Source: Selaginella moellendorffii | Lineage: Eukaryota > Plantae > Lycopodiophyta | NCBI RefSeq assembly: GCF_000143415.4 | Contig: NW_003314279.1 | Coordinates: 1,040,091-1,104,090, forward strand | DNA: 64,000 nucleotides | Reading direction: 5' to 3' | In this document: one piece after another, positions 49,035 through 61,265 of the stretch | How positions within the stretch are numbered: position 1 is the stretch's first letter | Layout of the letters: every line of letters starts with the position of its first letter | The notes under the pieces: model-generated | The model's input: the letters and a program-made list of their open reading frames with translations, nothing else | Databases searched by the model: none | What the model was told of the DNA's origin: nothing | Position numbers and translations under genes: made by a program

Positions 49035-52000
49035 TCGAGATGGAAGTGGGGGGGTAGAGGTACCCATACCGGGCCGTTAGGCCACGGTGTTTCACCCCGA
49101 CGTCCCGAAGCAAGTGTTGCACCCAAGGCTTGGGATTTAGAGGGTCCCATAATCAAGTCTTGATGTACCAAGGGGTGTTAGGAACTTGGAGGTTTGGTGT
49201 GTTTGGCTGCTTGTGCCTGCGGGGAGTGTAGGCGAACCTTAAGTCCAGTCTAACCCGGGGAGGGGGATTGGGAGAGATTTGGGAATCCGTAGATGGATGG
49301 CTAACACTCCGTTGCTCATGCAGTGAGTAGCTGAAACCAAGTAAGACCAAGTAGGAGCTGGTACAATAAGCGGGAACCTTGGCGAGGGAACTTAACACAA
49401 GCCAAGGCGGTATTGGTCGGATAAACAAGGTAAGCTGGCAAATTGGAAAGGAAAAATTTGTGACTTACAATTTGGTATCGGAGCCTTTTCCTCAGTTCTA
49501 GCGAAGGATAGAGGCGGATTGTTGGGAGATGGCAAAGGCAGGGCATAAGCAAACCCAGGCGGAGACGGAACCTCCGCCAGAGTTGGAGCCTCCGGTCGAA
49601 CATGGATGAGGAATCCATGCATGAGGAGGACTCTAGTGAGGAAACTTCCAAACAGGAGTCCGGTGGCGAGGTTCGATCATCCAAGGCTCAATTGGATGTT
49701 CTAGAAGGACAATTGGCGCAGACCAATGCCCTACTGGAGACTCTCGTACACAAGCTAAAGCGTGACGAGAAGCGGAAGAAAAAGTGAAAGACTGCGGATG
49801 CTGGCAGTGCAGAAGGTGCGGACCCTTCGGCAGGAACTGAGGCAAAACCAAACAAGGTGGAACAGACCGAAGTGGAATCAGTCCCTCATGCAGTTCCCAA
49901 GTACAAACCAAAGCCCCCACCGGTCTTCAAGGGAGTGAACGACTATAAGGTGGTGGAGGATTCGTTTTACGATATGGAGGACTACTTCCGAGTGTTGCGG
50001 TTACCGAGATCAGAGAAGGTCCCATGTGCAAAACCATACTTGGCGGATAATGCCAAGTCTTGGTGGAGAATGATAGAGGCCAACGAAGGACCGGTGGCCA
50101 CTTGGGAAATGATGAAGGCGAGGATCCACGCAACTTACGTTCCTCCGAATGCTACTCTGCATCTAAAGGACGAGCTGAGTAGGCTGAAGCAGAGTGGAAC
50201 CATTTAGGAGTATGTGAATGGGTTTATGGCAAAGAGGATACTTGTCACGGACATGGGGGATATGGATGCGTTCCATGCCTCCATATTAGGTTTGCAAACC
50301 TGGGCTCGCGGTGAGGTGATGCGGTGGAACCCGACCAACTACAAGGAAGCGTTGGATGCAGCCATCAAGGTGCATTTCAACGATAACTTGTGAAAGGGGA
50401 ACACGACGGGGTCAGAATCCATGTTTAGCAAAGGGGCCAAACCAAGAGGAACGTATAGCAGAGGGAAATTCAAGAAGAGTTTCTCTAAAAATGAGTCCTC
50501 GAGGTTCTAGAAAGGCAAATCTGGTGGCCAGCGAGCGAGTACGTGGGGGAGTCAAGCAAAAAGAGACAAACCCACGGATAAGAAGGTCAAGTTGTATAGC
50601 AACGTATGGGAAACAACGTATGCTACAACTGCGGTGAAGTGGGACACTTTTTGAAGGAATGTCCTTACCCGAAGAAGGCCAGAGCCAATATGGCCATCAA
50701 GTCGGGTGAAGTCCAAACTGAGGTATGTGATCTAGTCCCTAACTCAAAGTTACTCATTACACGAGCAACTTTGGTAGAGAGTTGTTCGCGACATCTACTA
50801 GCCCTCCGAGGGAAGCTTGGAGGTAGCTTTGTTAAGATCCTTATTGACACGGGTGCTTCGGATAATTTTGTGGCTGCAAACATAGTCCGGCAAGCCAGAC
50901 TAACGGTGCAGCGGCTAGGCGAACCAAGGACTATAGAGTTTGTTCAAGGTAGCCAAAGCACCGATGAGGTACTTCGACAAGCGAGAGTCGAAGTAGGGAC
51001 ATGGAAAGTAGACATGGATTTCACCGTGTTGGACATGGCAGGATTTGACGTGATCTTCGGAATGGATTGGTTCAATCGGTTCGTGGTAGCCCTGTATGGA
51101 CAAGGTAGGAACCTTGTAGTACTGGCGAATGCCCAAGGAAGAAGATCTAGGGTGGAGGCCCAGGATCTAAACGTAGGGCAAAGCAAGGCCAAAGAGTCCT
51201 GCTTAAACCTGGTGTCCACGAGAGGACAACTCACTAAAGGAACTAAGGCAGCCTTTTTGTACTTACTCTCAGTGAAGAGTAACAAAAAGACATGAATGGA
51301 AGAAGTACCTTTAGTGATCCAACGGGTGTTGGACCAATTCCAGGATACCATATCGGAGGAGCTACCGACGGGGTTGCCCCCCGCACGACCGATAGAACAT
51401 AAGATTGAGTTGGTCGATGGTGCTGAGGCGGTGGTTCGTCCCCCCTATCGTTTGAACGAAAAAGAACTCAAGGAGCTCAAGTGCCAACTAGAGGAGTTGG
51501 TGGACAAAGGGTATGTTAGGTTGAGCAAGTCACTGTATGGGGCGCCGGTGTTATTTGTGAAAAAGAAAAATGGATCTATGCGCATGTGCATAGATTACCG
51601 GTTGCTCAACAAGTATACAAAGAAGAACAAGTACCCTTTGCCCAGGATTGAGGACCTATTCGATAGGTTGGGAAAGGCAAAATACTTCTCGAGGTTTGAC
51701 CTAAGGTCAGGATACTACCAAATTAGGGTAGCCGAGGAAGATGTCGAGAAGACAACCTGTCGAACAAGGTATGGGAGCTTTGAGTTTCTGGTGATGCCCT
51801 TTGGGCTGTGCAATGCACCGGCAACGTTTTCAGCATTGATGAACCATATCTTTGTACCCTATCTGGATCACTTCGTGGTCGTCTATATTGACGACATCCT
51901 GATCTATAGCAAGACGCTAGAGGAGCATGCCGAACACTTGCAAAGGTGTTTGAGAAACTAAGGGAACACAAACTATATGCTAAAGAGAGAAAATGTGACT

Positions 52001-53395
52001 TTGCCCAACAAGAGGTAAAGTTTCTTGGGCATGTGGTGGGCCAGAACGGGCTCAAGGTGGACCCGGAGAAGGTCCAAGCAATCCAGGAATGGGAGCGACC
52101 ATCGAATGTACATGAGTTAAGGGCGTTTTTGGGGCTATGCAACTACTGCCGAAAGTTTATCATACACTATTCGAGAGTAGCCCTGCCCTTAACGGACCAA
52201 ACAGGAAAAGGGAAGATGGTATGGACAGCGGAATGCGAGGCGGCATTCGTCCACCTCAAAGAAAAGTTGAGGAAGGCTCCTGTGTTGGCATTACCAAACT
52301 TTGGTAAGGACTTTGAGGTAGAAACAGATGCTTCGGACTTTGCGTTGGGCGCAGTTTTGAAGCAAGACAACCATCCAGTAGTGTTCTTCTCGAAGAAGTT
52401 AGACAAGGCTCAAAGGAAGTGGCCTGCCCATGAGAAGGAATTGTTTGCGGTGGTCAAGGCGCTCAAGGAGTGGCGACACTACCTTGGGAGACACTTCAAG
52501 GTTTACACGGACAATGTGGCAACAAAACACTTCTTGTCACAGCCCGACTTGAGAGGGAAACAGGGTCGGTGGGCCAATGCCTTGGCCGAGTTTGATTGCA
52601 AGATTCTGTACAAGCCTGGGAAGAGCAACATTGTGGCGGATGCGCTAAGTCGAAAAGCGAGCTTGAGGTTGGCAATATCTAGCGCAATAGCAACCTTCTA
52701 GGACGATGTGCGGACAGCATATGAGAACGATGGTCTAGCACAAGAAGTGTTGCTGAGGAATCTAGAGGCACGGGAAGCTCACCAGAGAGGTGAGCTGCCA
52801 ACGGAAGAGAAAACGGGCTATGTGGAACGCAATGGACTCATCTATTACAAGCAAACGAGGGTGTATGTTCCAGAAGGGGAACTAAGGAAGGTAGCCTTAG
52901 AAGAGTGTCATGACGGACCCCTTGCGGGATACGGCGGAGTGCCCAAGACGATAGGCTTACTCAAGAGGAAGTACCATTGGCCCAATATGGCTAAGGACGT
53001 CCAAGACTATGTAAAGACATGTCTAACATGTCAGCAGGTCAAAGCCGTGACTAAGGCTAGTGGGGGCTTGTTGCAAAGCATCCCAATTCCAGATCGTCCG
53101 TGGAAATGTCTTACGATGGACTTCATCACGGGACTCCCCCCAAGCAAGGGGTTTGATGCAATATTCATGGTGGTGGACCGATTTTCAAAAATGGGTCATT
53201 TCATACACACCACAACGGAAGTGGATGCGGAAGGTGTGGCGAAGCTGTTCTTCAAACAAGTGGTTCGAGTGCGGGGAAGGCCAGAAGAGATCATCTCAGA
53301 TCGAAATAAGATCTTCACTAGTAGGTTCTGGAGGACTCTCCTGGAACAATATCGCACCAAGTTGAAATTCAGCACAGCCTATCACCCACAGACAG

Positions 53396-53442
53396 GTATG
53401 GGGTATTAAGTCAAGTTTGGTGGCACTAACACTTCTTGACAG
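53396..53442 (+). other. Putative 47-nt spliceosomal intron in the B integrase core
   Basis: GTATGG...CACTAAC...TTCTTGACAG. Removal fuses two ORFs into YHPQTDRQTERVNRHLENYLRCY. Confidence 0.75.
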
Positions 53443-53860
53443 ACAGACAAACAGAAAGGGTGAATAGGCACCTGGAGAATTATTTGCGATGCTATGTCTC
53501 AAGAGACCAGACCGATTGGGTAAGTCATTTGGGACTTGCGAAAATGTGTTATAACAACTCACCACATTTGAGTATCGGGGTGAGTCCATGGGAAGTCATC
53601 AATGGGCGAGCTATTGAAGGTCCTGTGGAACTTGGCGTGGCTAAGTATTATGGAGAGTTACCTGCAGTGGAGGCATTCACGGCGGAAAGGCTCAACATTT
53701 GGAATCTAGTGAGGGATTCCTTGGAATGTGCTCAACAAAGGCAAACCAAGTACGCAAACCAAAAGTGCCGGGATGTAGAGTTCCAAGCTAGGGAGAAGGT
53801 GTGGCTGAACACCAAGAACCTCAGGTTACCAAGTGGGATCAGCCGGTAGTTGACCCAAAG

Positions 53861-53912
53861 GTAAAAATGTATGTATTCCTGTAAATGAATTGATCTTCAG
53901 TTCCCTAAGCAA
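53861..53912 (+). other. Second intron-like insert (52-53 nt) in the B integrase GPY/F region
   Basis: AG|GTAAAA...CTAAGCAA|G. Removal of 52 nt gives LTQRFTGPYEI. The acceptor needs one G-to-A change or a 1-nt indel. Confidence 0.55.
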
Positions 53913-54384
53913 GTTCACAGGGCCTTACGAAATTGAGGCACAAATCGGTAAAGTGGCTTACTAACTCCGACTTCCTCAAGAGATGGGGAAGATGCACCCA
54001 GTGTTCCACATGAACTTACTCAAGCCGTACTTTGAGAATCTGCTTCGCAAGGACCAAGGAAGACCTTTACCTAAGGTTATCCAAGGGGAAGAGGAATACG
54101 AAGTCGAGGCCATCCTCAATGCGTGCAAGAGCAAGCGACAAGGATGCAAGGTGAGAAAGTTCCATGTGAAGTGGAAAGGATTTCCACACTACGAAGCAAT
54201 ATGGGAACCGGAGGAGAACCTAGCGAACACACTAGATTTAGTGGAGGAATTTCTGCAAGGCAGAACTCTATATACTTATGCAAAGTTCAATTAAAAATAT
54301 CAATTTGCAAAGTTGAGCAAGTGGCATGTGTTAGGACCCGAAGGCGCGCCGAAGGTAAGCTAATTAGCATGAGTTAGCTAGGTT

Positions 54385-54640
54385 GACCAGCCGTAGGGCA
54401 CTACACCCGACTCCCCGCGGGGATGTCGAATCCATAGACGTATTCTACGGAGGTTGGGTTCGAGTCCCAACCCCCTAGCAAAGCAAGGCTGGGTTCAAGT
54501 CCCGACCCCATACTAGGGCGTGGTGAGGTGAGGAGTATAGGGACACCTATACTCTGTTGTCATGGGCTCTTGGCCGGGGAGGCTAATTTAGGCACACCGC
54601 TAAGTGGGGGGATGCCCAGGAGACATGGTCAACAAGTCGT
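54385..54640 (+). ncRNA. Candidate structured RNA module in the 3' UTR of B
   Basis: Same hairpin order as A1 20963-21375 with altered but still pairing stems. T-loop motifs at 54456 and 54491. Confidence 0.55.
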
Positions 54641-57372
54641 AGGATAAAAAGAGACGTTCGATGTGGGCATCGAACTTCTTCTATGGGTGGTGGAGTTGTA
54701 AGAAACCGACTCCCCGAGAGGTTGTAGGCTAAAGGATCCCCGAAAGCATGACCAAAATGACAAAGAGTTCATCGAATGAGACTAAGTCGAAGATCGAGTC
54801 CAAGACCGACTCTGAGACCGAGTTCGAGATAGAGTCCGGGATCGAGCCGAGTCCGAATCGAAGACCGAGTTCGAGACCGAGTTCGAGACCGAGTTCGAGA
54901 CCGAGTTCGAGACAAAGTCCAAGATCCAAATTGGGTCCAAGACCGAGTATGAAGTCGAGTCCGAGATTGGGTCCAAGATCGAGTCCAAAATCGAGTCCGA
55001 GACCGAGTCCAAAGTCGGGTCCGAGATCGAATCTAAGACTAAGTCCAGATACTAATACGGGTCAAGGGGTGAAAGCCCAAAGCGTGCATCTCCCAGGGGG
55101 GGGGGGGGGCTATAGGGGGTTCCAAAAGTATAGTAGGGATAGTGAGGTCCAGGAACCAGTCTTGAAGGAACTCTCCAGTGGTGCTTCCAAACTGACTTGA
55201 GGTTGAGACTGGGGCCGAGGGGCCTTGGGTGGGAGTGAGCATGGGCTTGGGTGGTGCCGAAGGGGCCACCCAGGGAAGTGCTCAAGAGCAGCTCCCACTC
55301 CCGAAAGGGAAACCGACTACGGTGCTCCCGGCTCATATAGAGTGGTGCCCCACTTGAGTACTTTGTGGCTCATTGGTCCTCGCCCTTCCTAGGGACTTGG
55401 GCCTTCCCTTCGGGATGGAAGTGGGGGGGTAGAGGTACCCATACCGGGCTATTAGGCCACGGTGTTTCACCCCGACGTCCTGAAGCAAGTGTTGCACCCA
55501 AGGCTTGGGATTTAGAGGGTCCCATGATCAAGTCTTGATGTACCAAGGGGTGTTAGGAACCTGGAGGTTTGGTGTGTTTGGCTGCTTGTGCTTGCGGGGA
55601 GTGTAGCCAAACCTTAAGTCTAGTCTAACCTGGGGAGGGGGATTGGGAGAGATTTGGGGATCCGTAGATGGATGGCTAACACTCTATTGCTCATGCAGTG
55701 AGTAGTTGAAACCAAGTAGGGCCAAGTAGGAGCTGGTACAATAGGCGGGAACCTTGGCGAGGGAACTTAGCACAAGCCAAGGCGGTGTTGGTCGGATAGA
55801 CGAGGTAAGTTGGCAAATTGAAAAGGAAAAATTTGTGGCTTACATTAGTCTTAAACTCTATCTTAGACTCGGTCTTGAACCTGATCTCAGATCTTAGACT
55901 CGGTCTCAAACTCGGTCTCGAATTCGGCCTTGGACTTAATCTCAAACTTGGTTTTATCCAATGAAATCTTTATCATTCTGATTGTGGTTTCAGAGATCTT
56001 TTAGCTTACAACACCTTGGGGAGTTGGTTCTTTACACATGGTTTCATCTAGTGAGTGCTCATACTTGCCCAAATCCTTCACCATCTATTTAACTTTTTTT
56101 ACACATTATTGTAGCTACTTAGTAATATGGTATCTTTGGTCATTTAATATTAAATATATATACAATATATTCATATTTCATCCCATGATTATATGCGCTA
56201 CACTTATGCATTTTCTTACCATATGTGCTATATGTCACATGACACTCTAGTGATGTTTGGGTAAAAAATGACCGAGTTATTAAAAGGAGACTCCTCATCT
56301 AAAACACTTCCACATTTTTTAGTTTGCATTTGAGTTGAGCAAGACTCCATTCTCTATATTGTTAATCTAAGAGTCAGTAAAAACTATATGGTTTTTACTA
56401 AAAGTAAAAATCATATGGTTTTTACTAAAAGTAAAAACTATACAATTTTTTATCTGATGCAAGATTTGCATCACTCTACAAGTCTTTATTGCATCCCCAT
56501 CATGTGTGCCAAGCTCTAGAAACTTTTCATGCTTGACCTTAAGTAGATCCTCACTAATATAACTAAATGGCAACTGCACAAAGCAAATCATTTAGTTTTG
56601 ACCCACATAGCTCCTTGAATCAAGCATGAGTCATAGTCATTCTTGTGAATCTAAAAAGGGAAGAAAATAGCAATAGCAGAAATAGTGGAAGAAAAGCAAA
56701 GTAAAAACTTAGTTAATAGCAGCATTAATGGTATATAGTGTAACTCTTATTACTTATATACTACCAATCCTCACATAATTAATATGGTCAGCCTTGCTTA
56801 ATAAGATGCTCACTAAGCACAGTCACTACTAGGGACTATGTCTAAACTCTCAATCCCTATTAATCACAAGACCCCTTGAGCATGGCCACTATAATATGTG
56901 CGTATGAAGCAAGGCATTCATGCCAGATTTTATAAAAGACCCTTCTTGCCATGAAAATACACTCGTGCATATTCTCTCTTGCCACAAAAATACACTCACA
57001 CATATTCTCTCATTTTCCTTTTGTTCATAAGAGAAAAGAGAAAAGTGGTGGATGTGGTGGCTGAGCTATTTTGGTATGTGTTGTATATGGAGCAAATACA
57101 AAGTGACAACCGTGTAGACTATGAGAAGAAGACTTTGATATGTTAGAAGTTTTAGTTGAATTTCAAGGAATTCTTACATCTAATGGAAAGTTTACTACAA
57201 ATTTTTAGTCTTTGACCAGAAAAGATCTTTCATCCACGCTAGAAAAGACATGGGAACAACACTTTGAATACTAGTGGGAGGATACTTTGAAAGTGTGTTC
57301 ATTTACACCCCTGCATCACTATGATATATATCAATATATATCATTGATCTGCAATCCTAATTTTTGGATGAG

Positions 57373-60076
57373 ATGGCTGCAAAATTATCTCAATGTTTTC
57401 TGCTATTGCTGAGCATTCTTTGCTACAAGAGCATGGGATGCAGAGGAGCTAAATGCACTTTTGGCATTCAAAGAAAGTGTTACAAATCACAGCAGCAGCA
57501 ACATATTCTGTCAAATTGGAGTTAGCGCAACTTTCAAGAACTATGCTTCTCTTGGGCAGGAGTTTCCTGCAACAACATCACTGGTCATGTTCAAGAGCTC
57601 GATTTCTCTGGTTGGATGCTTGGGGAAAACCTCAACTCCCTCTTCTCTGGGCTTACTCATCTCACTACCATCGACCTCTCTATTAATTCTATTCAAGGAG
57701 AAATTCCTGCCCTCATTGGTAAGCTACACAATTTGACATCTTTGAATCTCCATAGCAACAATTTATCTGGGAGCATTCCAATCGAAATTGGAAAGCTCTT
57801 GAAGCTCAAGGATATGAAATTATCGCATAATTTTCTCAGTGGGAACATTCCAAAAGAGTTTGGATGCTTGAAAGACCTTCAATTTCTCAGCCTCTCCTAC
57901 AAGTTCTTCACTGGGAACATTCCAAAAGAATTTGGATGCTTGAAAGACCTTCAAGTTCTCAGCCTCTCCTACAATTTCTTGACTGGCCCACTCCCAAAGG
58001 AGCTTGGTTCACTAGAACAATTGCAGTTTCTTGCCCTTGGCATGAATAATATCACTGGAGAAATTCCAGCTGAGCTGGGAATGCTGAAAAGACTTGAAAT
58101 ACTTGGCCTAGATTTCAACTTTCTGAACAGCACTATACCAGAGTCTCTTGGCAACTGCTCATCACTGGTATAAATACGTATTAGTCAAAACCCCCTTCTT
58201 CATGGCAAAATACCAGCTTCCTTAGGCCAATTGAAGAACCTTGAATATTTCTCTATGTTTGACGTTACAAGTGTTAGTGGGCAAATACCTCCTGAGGTTG
58301 GCAACTGCACCAAACTCCAATGGTTTGACATCAATGGAGACTTCTCCATAGAACCACATATAAATGGTCCAATTCCCTTGTCACTTCTTCAAATATCATC
58401 ACTGACAACACTCGCACTCAATCATCTCAATCTTACATACCTGCAATTGCCTCAAGAATTGTGGAATATGAGTCAACTTCAATATCTTAGCATCGCTAAC
58501 ACTGGGTGTGAAGGGACACTTTCTTCACAAATTGGTGACATGACTAATCTCACTTATTTGAATTTGGGGACAAACACTCATATCAAGGGAGTCATACCGG
58601 AGGAGATAGACAGATGTGAGAGATTGATGCATCTTTCTCTCGATGGTAACATGTTAAGTGGCCACATCCCACATTCGCTGGGAAAACTACACTACTTGAA
58701 GTACCTTAAACTGGGAAGCAATGGATTGAGCGGAGAGATCCCTTCATCTCTAGTGCAACTCTCCAACCTTGAGGCTTTACAGTTGGAGAATAATATTTTT
58801 ACTGGAAAGATGCCTTTGTCTCTAGGACAACTCAAAAGCTTACAACTTTTATATCTATTCAATAACAGCTTCGTGGGAAGGATTCCACAAAGCTTGGGGG
58901 ACATGAAGGGCCTCCAAAAACTGGATATTTCAGCCAATTCTCTTGAGGGGGAAATCCCAGTTGAACTGGGAAATTGCACTTCTTTGCAGCTGCTCGAATT
59001 GTCAAAGAACAACTTGACGGGAGAAATTCCATGGGAGGCATTTGAAACGTTGTGCAAGCACAACCTTCAAACCCTTGGAATGGAAAGGAACAAGCTGGTT
59101 GGACATATACCACGTGTACTGCTTGAGAACTGCACAAAGCTGGAGCGGCTGAAGCTCGGGAATAACTCTCTCAAAGGCACCAGCATTGACGTGAGTAAGC
59201 TTCCAGCACTGAAGATTCTCTCACTCGCAATGAATCATCTCGGAGGCAGATTTCCTTTGCTTCCCTCTGGCAACACTAGCTTGGAGTTGATTGATCTCAA
59301 GAGAAACAACTTCTCTGGTCAGCTTCCTGCATCTCTTGCTAACCTCCACCAATTGCGAGTTTTAAGCTTGGGACGCAACCATTTTGAAGGAGTCCTGCCA
59401 GATTTCATTTGGAGCATGAAACAGTTGCAAGTGTTGGATGTTTCGGGCAATCACTTCCATGGAGATCAATTCATTAAGCCATCTCGAGGGTTTCAAGCCA
59501 TCATTCCCCACTGGGAATGATGGGGATGGGGATCGCCTTTACCAAGAGTTGTTCCTGCAAATCAAAGGACGAGAGAATATAGGCTATGAATATGTTTTGA
59601 GGACAACCACTCTGCTGGACTTGTCATCCAACTCCTTGAGTGGAGAGGTTCCACCAAACCTTGGGGATTTAAGCGGCCTTCGATTTCTCAACTTGTCACA
59701 CAACAACATCTCTAGTAGGCTTCCCAGAACACTTGGCAAGCTCAAATTGCTGGAGCAACTGGACATGTCAGACAATCACTTGTATGGAGAGATTCCAGTG
59801 GAGCTTGAAGAGCTGAACACTTTGTCATCTCTTAACCTGTCATCTAACACACTTAGTGGACGCATTCCTACGGGTGGTCAGTTCAACACATTCGTCAACT
59901 CAAGCTATGCTGGGAATCCAAACTTGTGTGGAAGGCCGCTGAGCAAAGCATGCTCTCAACAAAGAGTTGTCAATCCTGAGGATGATGCGGATTGCCAAGA
60001 AGCAAGATCTGGATGGTGGGACGAGAATGTGGATCCAATTGCATTTGGAGTTGGCTGCTCCATTAGCTTCTTTTAG
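57373..60076 (+). pseudogene. LRR receptor-like protein, disrupted
   Basis: Signal peptide, extracellular LxxLxLxxNxLxGxIP repeats, island domain, SYAGNPNLCG and a TM start. Frameshifts near 57425 and 59465 and a TAA at 58171. A 72-bp LRR duplication lies at about 57840-57983. Confidence 0.88.
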
Positions 60077-60457
60077 CATGTAATTAATATGGTCATCCTT
60101 GCTTAATAAGATGCTCACGAAGACTACTGGGGACTGTGTCCAAGCTCTCAAGCCCTATTAATCGCAAGACCCCTTGAGCATGGCCGTATGAAGTAAGGCG
60201 TTCGAATGGCCGCCACGAAAATAGTCTTCTCTCTTTTTCCTTTCGTCCGTAAGTGAAAAGAGAGAAGTGATGGCTGAGCTATTTTGGTCTTACGACCGTA
60301 TAGACTACGACAACGAGGACGATGACTTGGAAGGTCAACCGTCCGACCGCGGCCTTACATCACGACAAACACCTTTCGAAGTACTTCTCATAAACACTTT
60401 TTGGATGCGCTTCTTATATACTTTATTTCCTGTGAAGTTCCAAGCTACTTGTGATCG

Positions 60458-60599
60458 ATGAACGCGGCCGCCTATGCCCGGCTCATCAAATCCTACACCG
60501 TCTCTCGCGATCTCGTCCAGGGCAAGTGCGTCCACGCCCAGATCCTCCACTCCCATCTCGCCACCAACACCTTTCTCACCAATCTCATCGTCGAGATGT
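60458..60599 (+). pseudogene. Truncated copy of the PPR3 5' end
   Basis: 142 bp matching 9898-10039 with 2 mismatches, then a deletion junction. Confidence 0.9.
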
Positions 60600-60639
60600 G
60601 GTCGTCTGCATGACAGGCGGAAATACTCACCACTATACT
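60600..60639 (-). pseudogene. tRNA-Asp(GTC) remnant, 5'/central part
   Basis: Minus strand reads AGTATAGTGGTGAGTATTTCCGCCTGTCATGCAGACGACC (D arm/A box and anticodon arm). Confidence 0.8.
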
Positions 60640-60810
60640 GTAATCTTGATTATCAAGGTTAAAACTAATCTAGAATGTTTATCTGATAACATGTTTGTAG
60701 TCTGTCTCCTTTGCAATGAGCCTCTTACTAGTGTGCTCTATCATTTGGATCCCTTGATCTCTTTTGCAATGAATCCTTTGCTCCTGGCACTCACAGCAAC
60801 AAAAGAGGCA

Positions 60811-61265
60811 ATGAATGACAAGCAGGCAATGGATGAGCATGAGCTTTTGCTTCGTTTGCAGTCGTGTAGGGATCTACGGGCAGCCGAGGTGCTCCACGCC
60901 CATGCTCGATCGATTGCCTGCTCTAATGATACATTCCTCCTCAACCATGTCATCTAGATCTATAGCAACTGTGGTGCCACCTACCATGCACAACTCCTAT
61001 CGAGCTCAAGGATTCTTTCTCCTGGGATTTTATGCTCATTGCCTACGCATGCAACTCTCAGTTGTGAGAGGCCAAGGCCTTGTTAGGTGGAATCTCGTTT
61101 CTTGGAACGTTATGTTGTGTATATATGCCTAGATTGGGCATTTGGAGGGCACAAAAAACCTCTTTGATAGGATGCAAAACTACAACCTTATATTGTTAAA
61201 TACTTTGATGTTTGTCAATGACCACACAAAAAAGGCTAAACAATTGTTTGATTCTATGCCTTAAA
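60811..61265 (+). pseudogene. PPR pseudogene fragment, copy c
   Basis: Colinear with 12638-13065. Confidence 0.75.

Larger units (their letters stand above)
49529..54294 (+). pseudogene. gag-pol of element B with stops, frameshifts and intron-like inserts
   Basis: CYNCGEVGHFLKECP; ILIDTGAS; [12 protein letters not shown]; [12 protein letters not shown]; VETDASD; HEKELFAVV; LTMDF; ISDR; HPQT|DRQTER; EEYEVEAILN...FHVKWKGF...WEP. Confidence 0.9.
48275..55844 (+). mobile_element. Ty3/Gypsy chromovirus B, full length but decayed: LTRs 48275-49469 and 54697-55844
   Basis: TSD TTAGT, PBS TGGTATCGGAGCC at 49473-49485, PPT GGGTGGTGGAGT, and gag-pol domains. Confidence 0.93.
15507..56036 (-). mobile_element. 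Old solo LTR of family B (B'), now in three pieces (15507-16263, about 48202-48274, 55845-56036); outer shell of the nested cluster
   Basis: TG...CA ends with TSD CATGG at 15502-15506 and 56037-56041. The pieces are colinear with the reverse complement of the B LTR. The empty site is visible in the paralogous unit near 62215. Confidence 0.85.

Noticed and set aside
48653-49171. ORFs spanning the N run
   Set aside because: Artefacts of the assembly gap.
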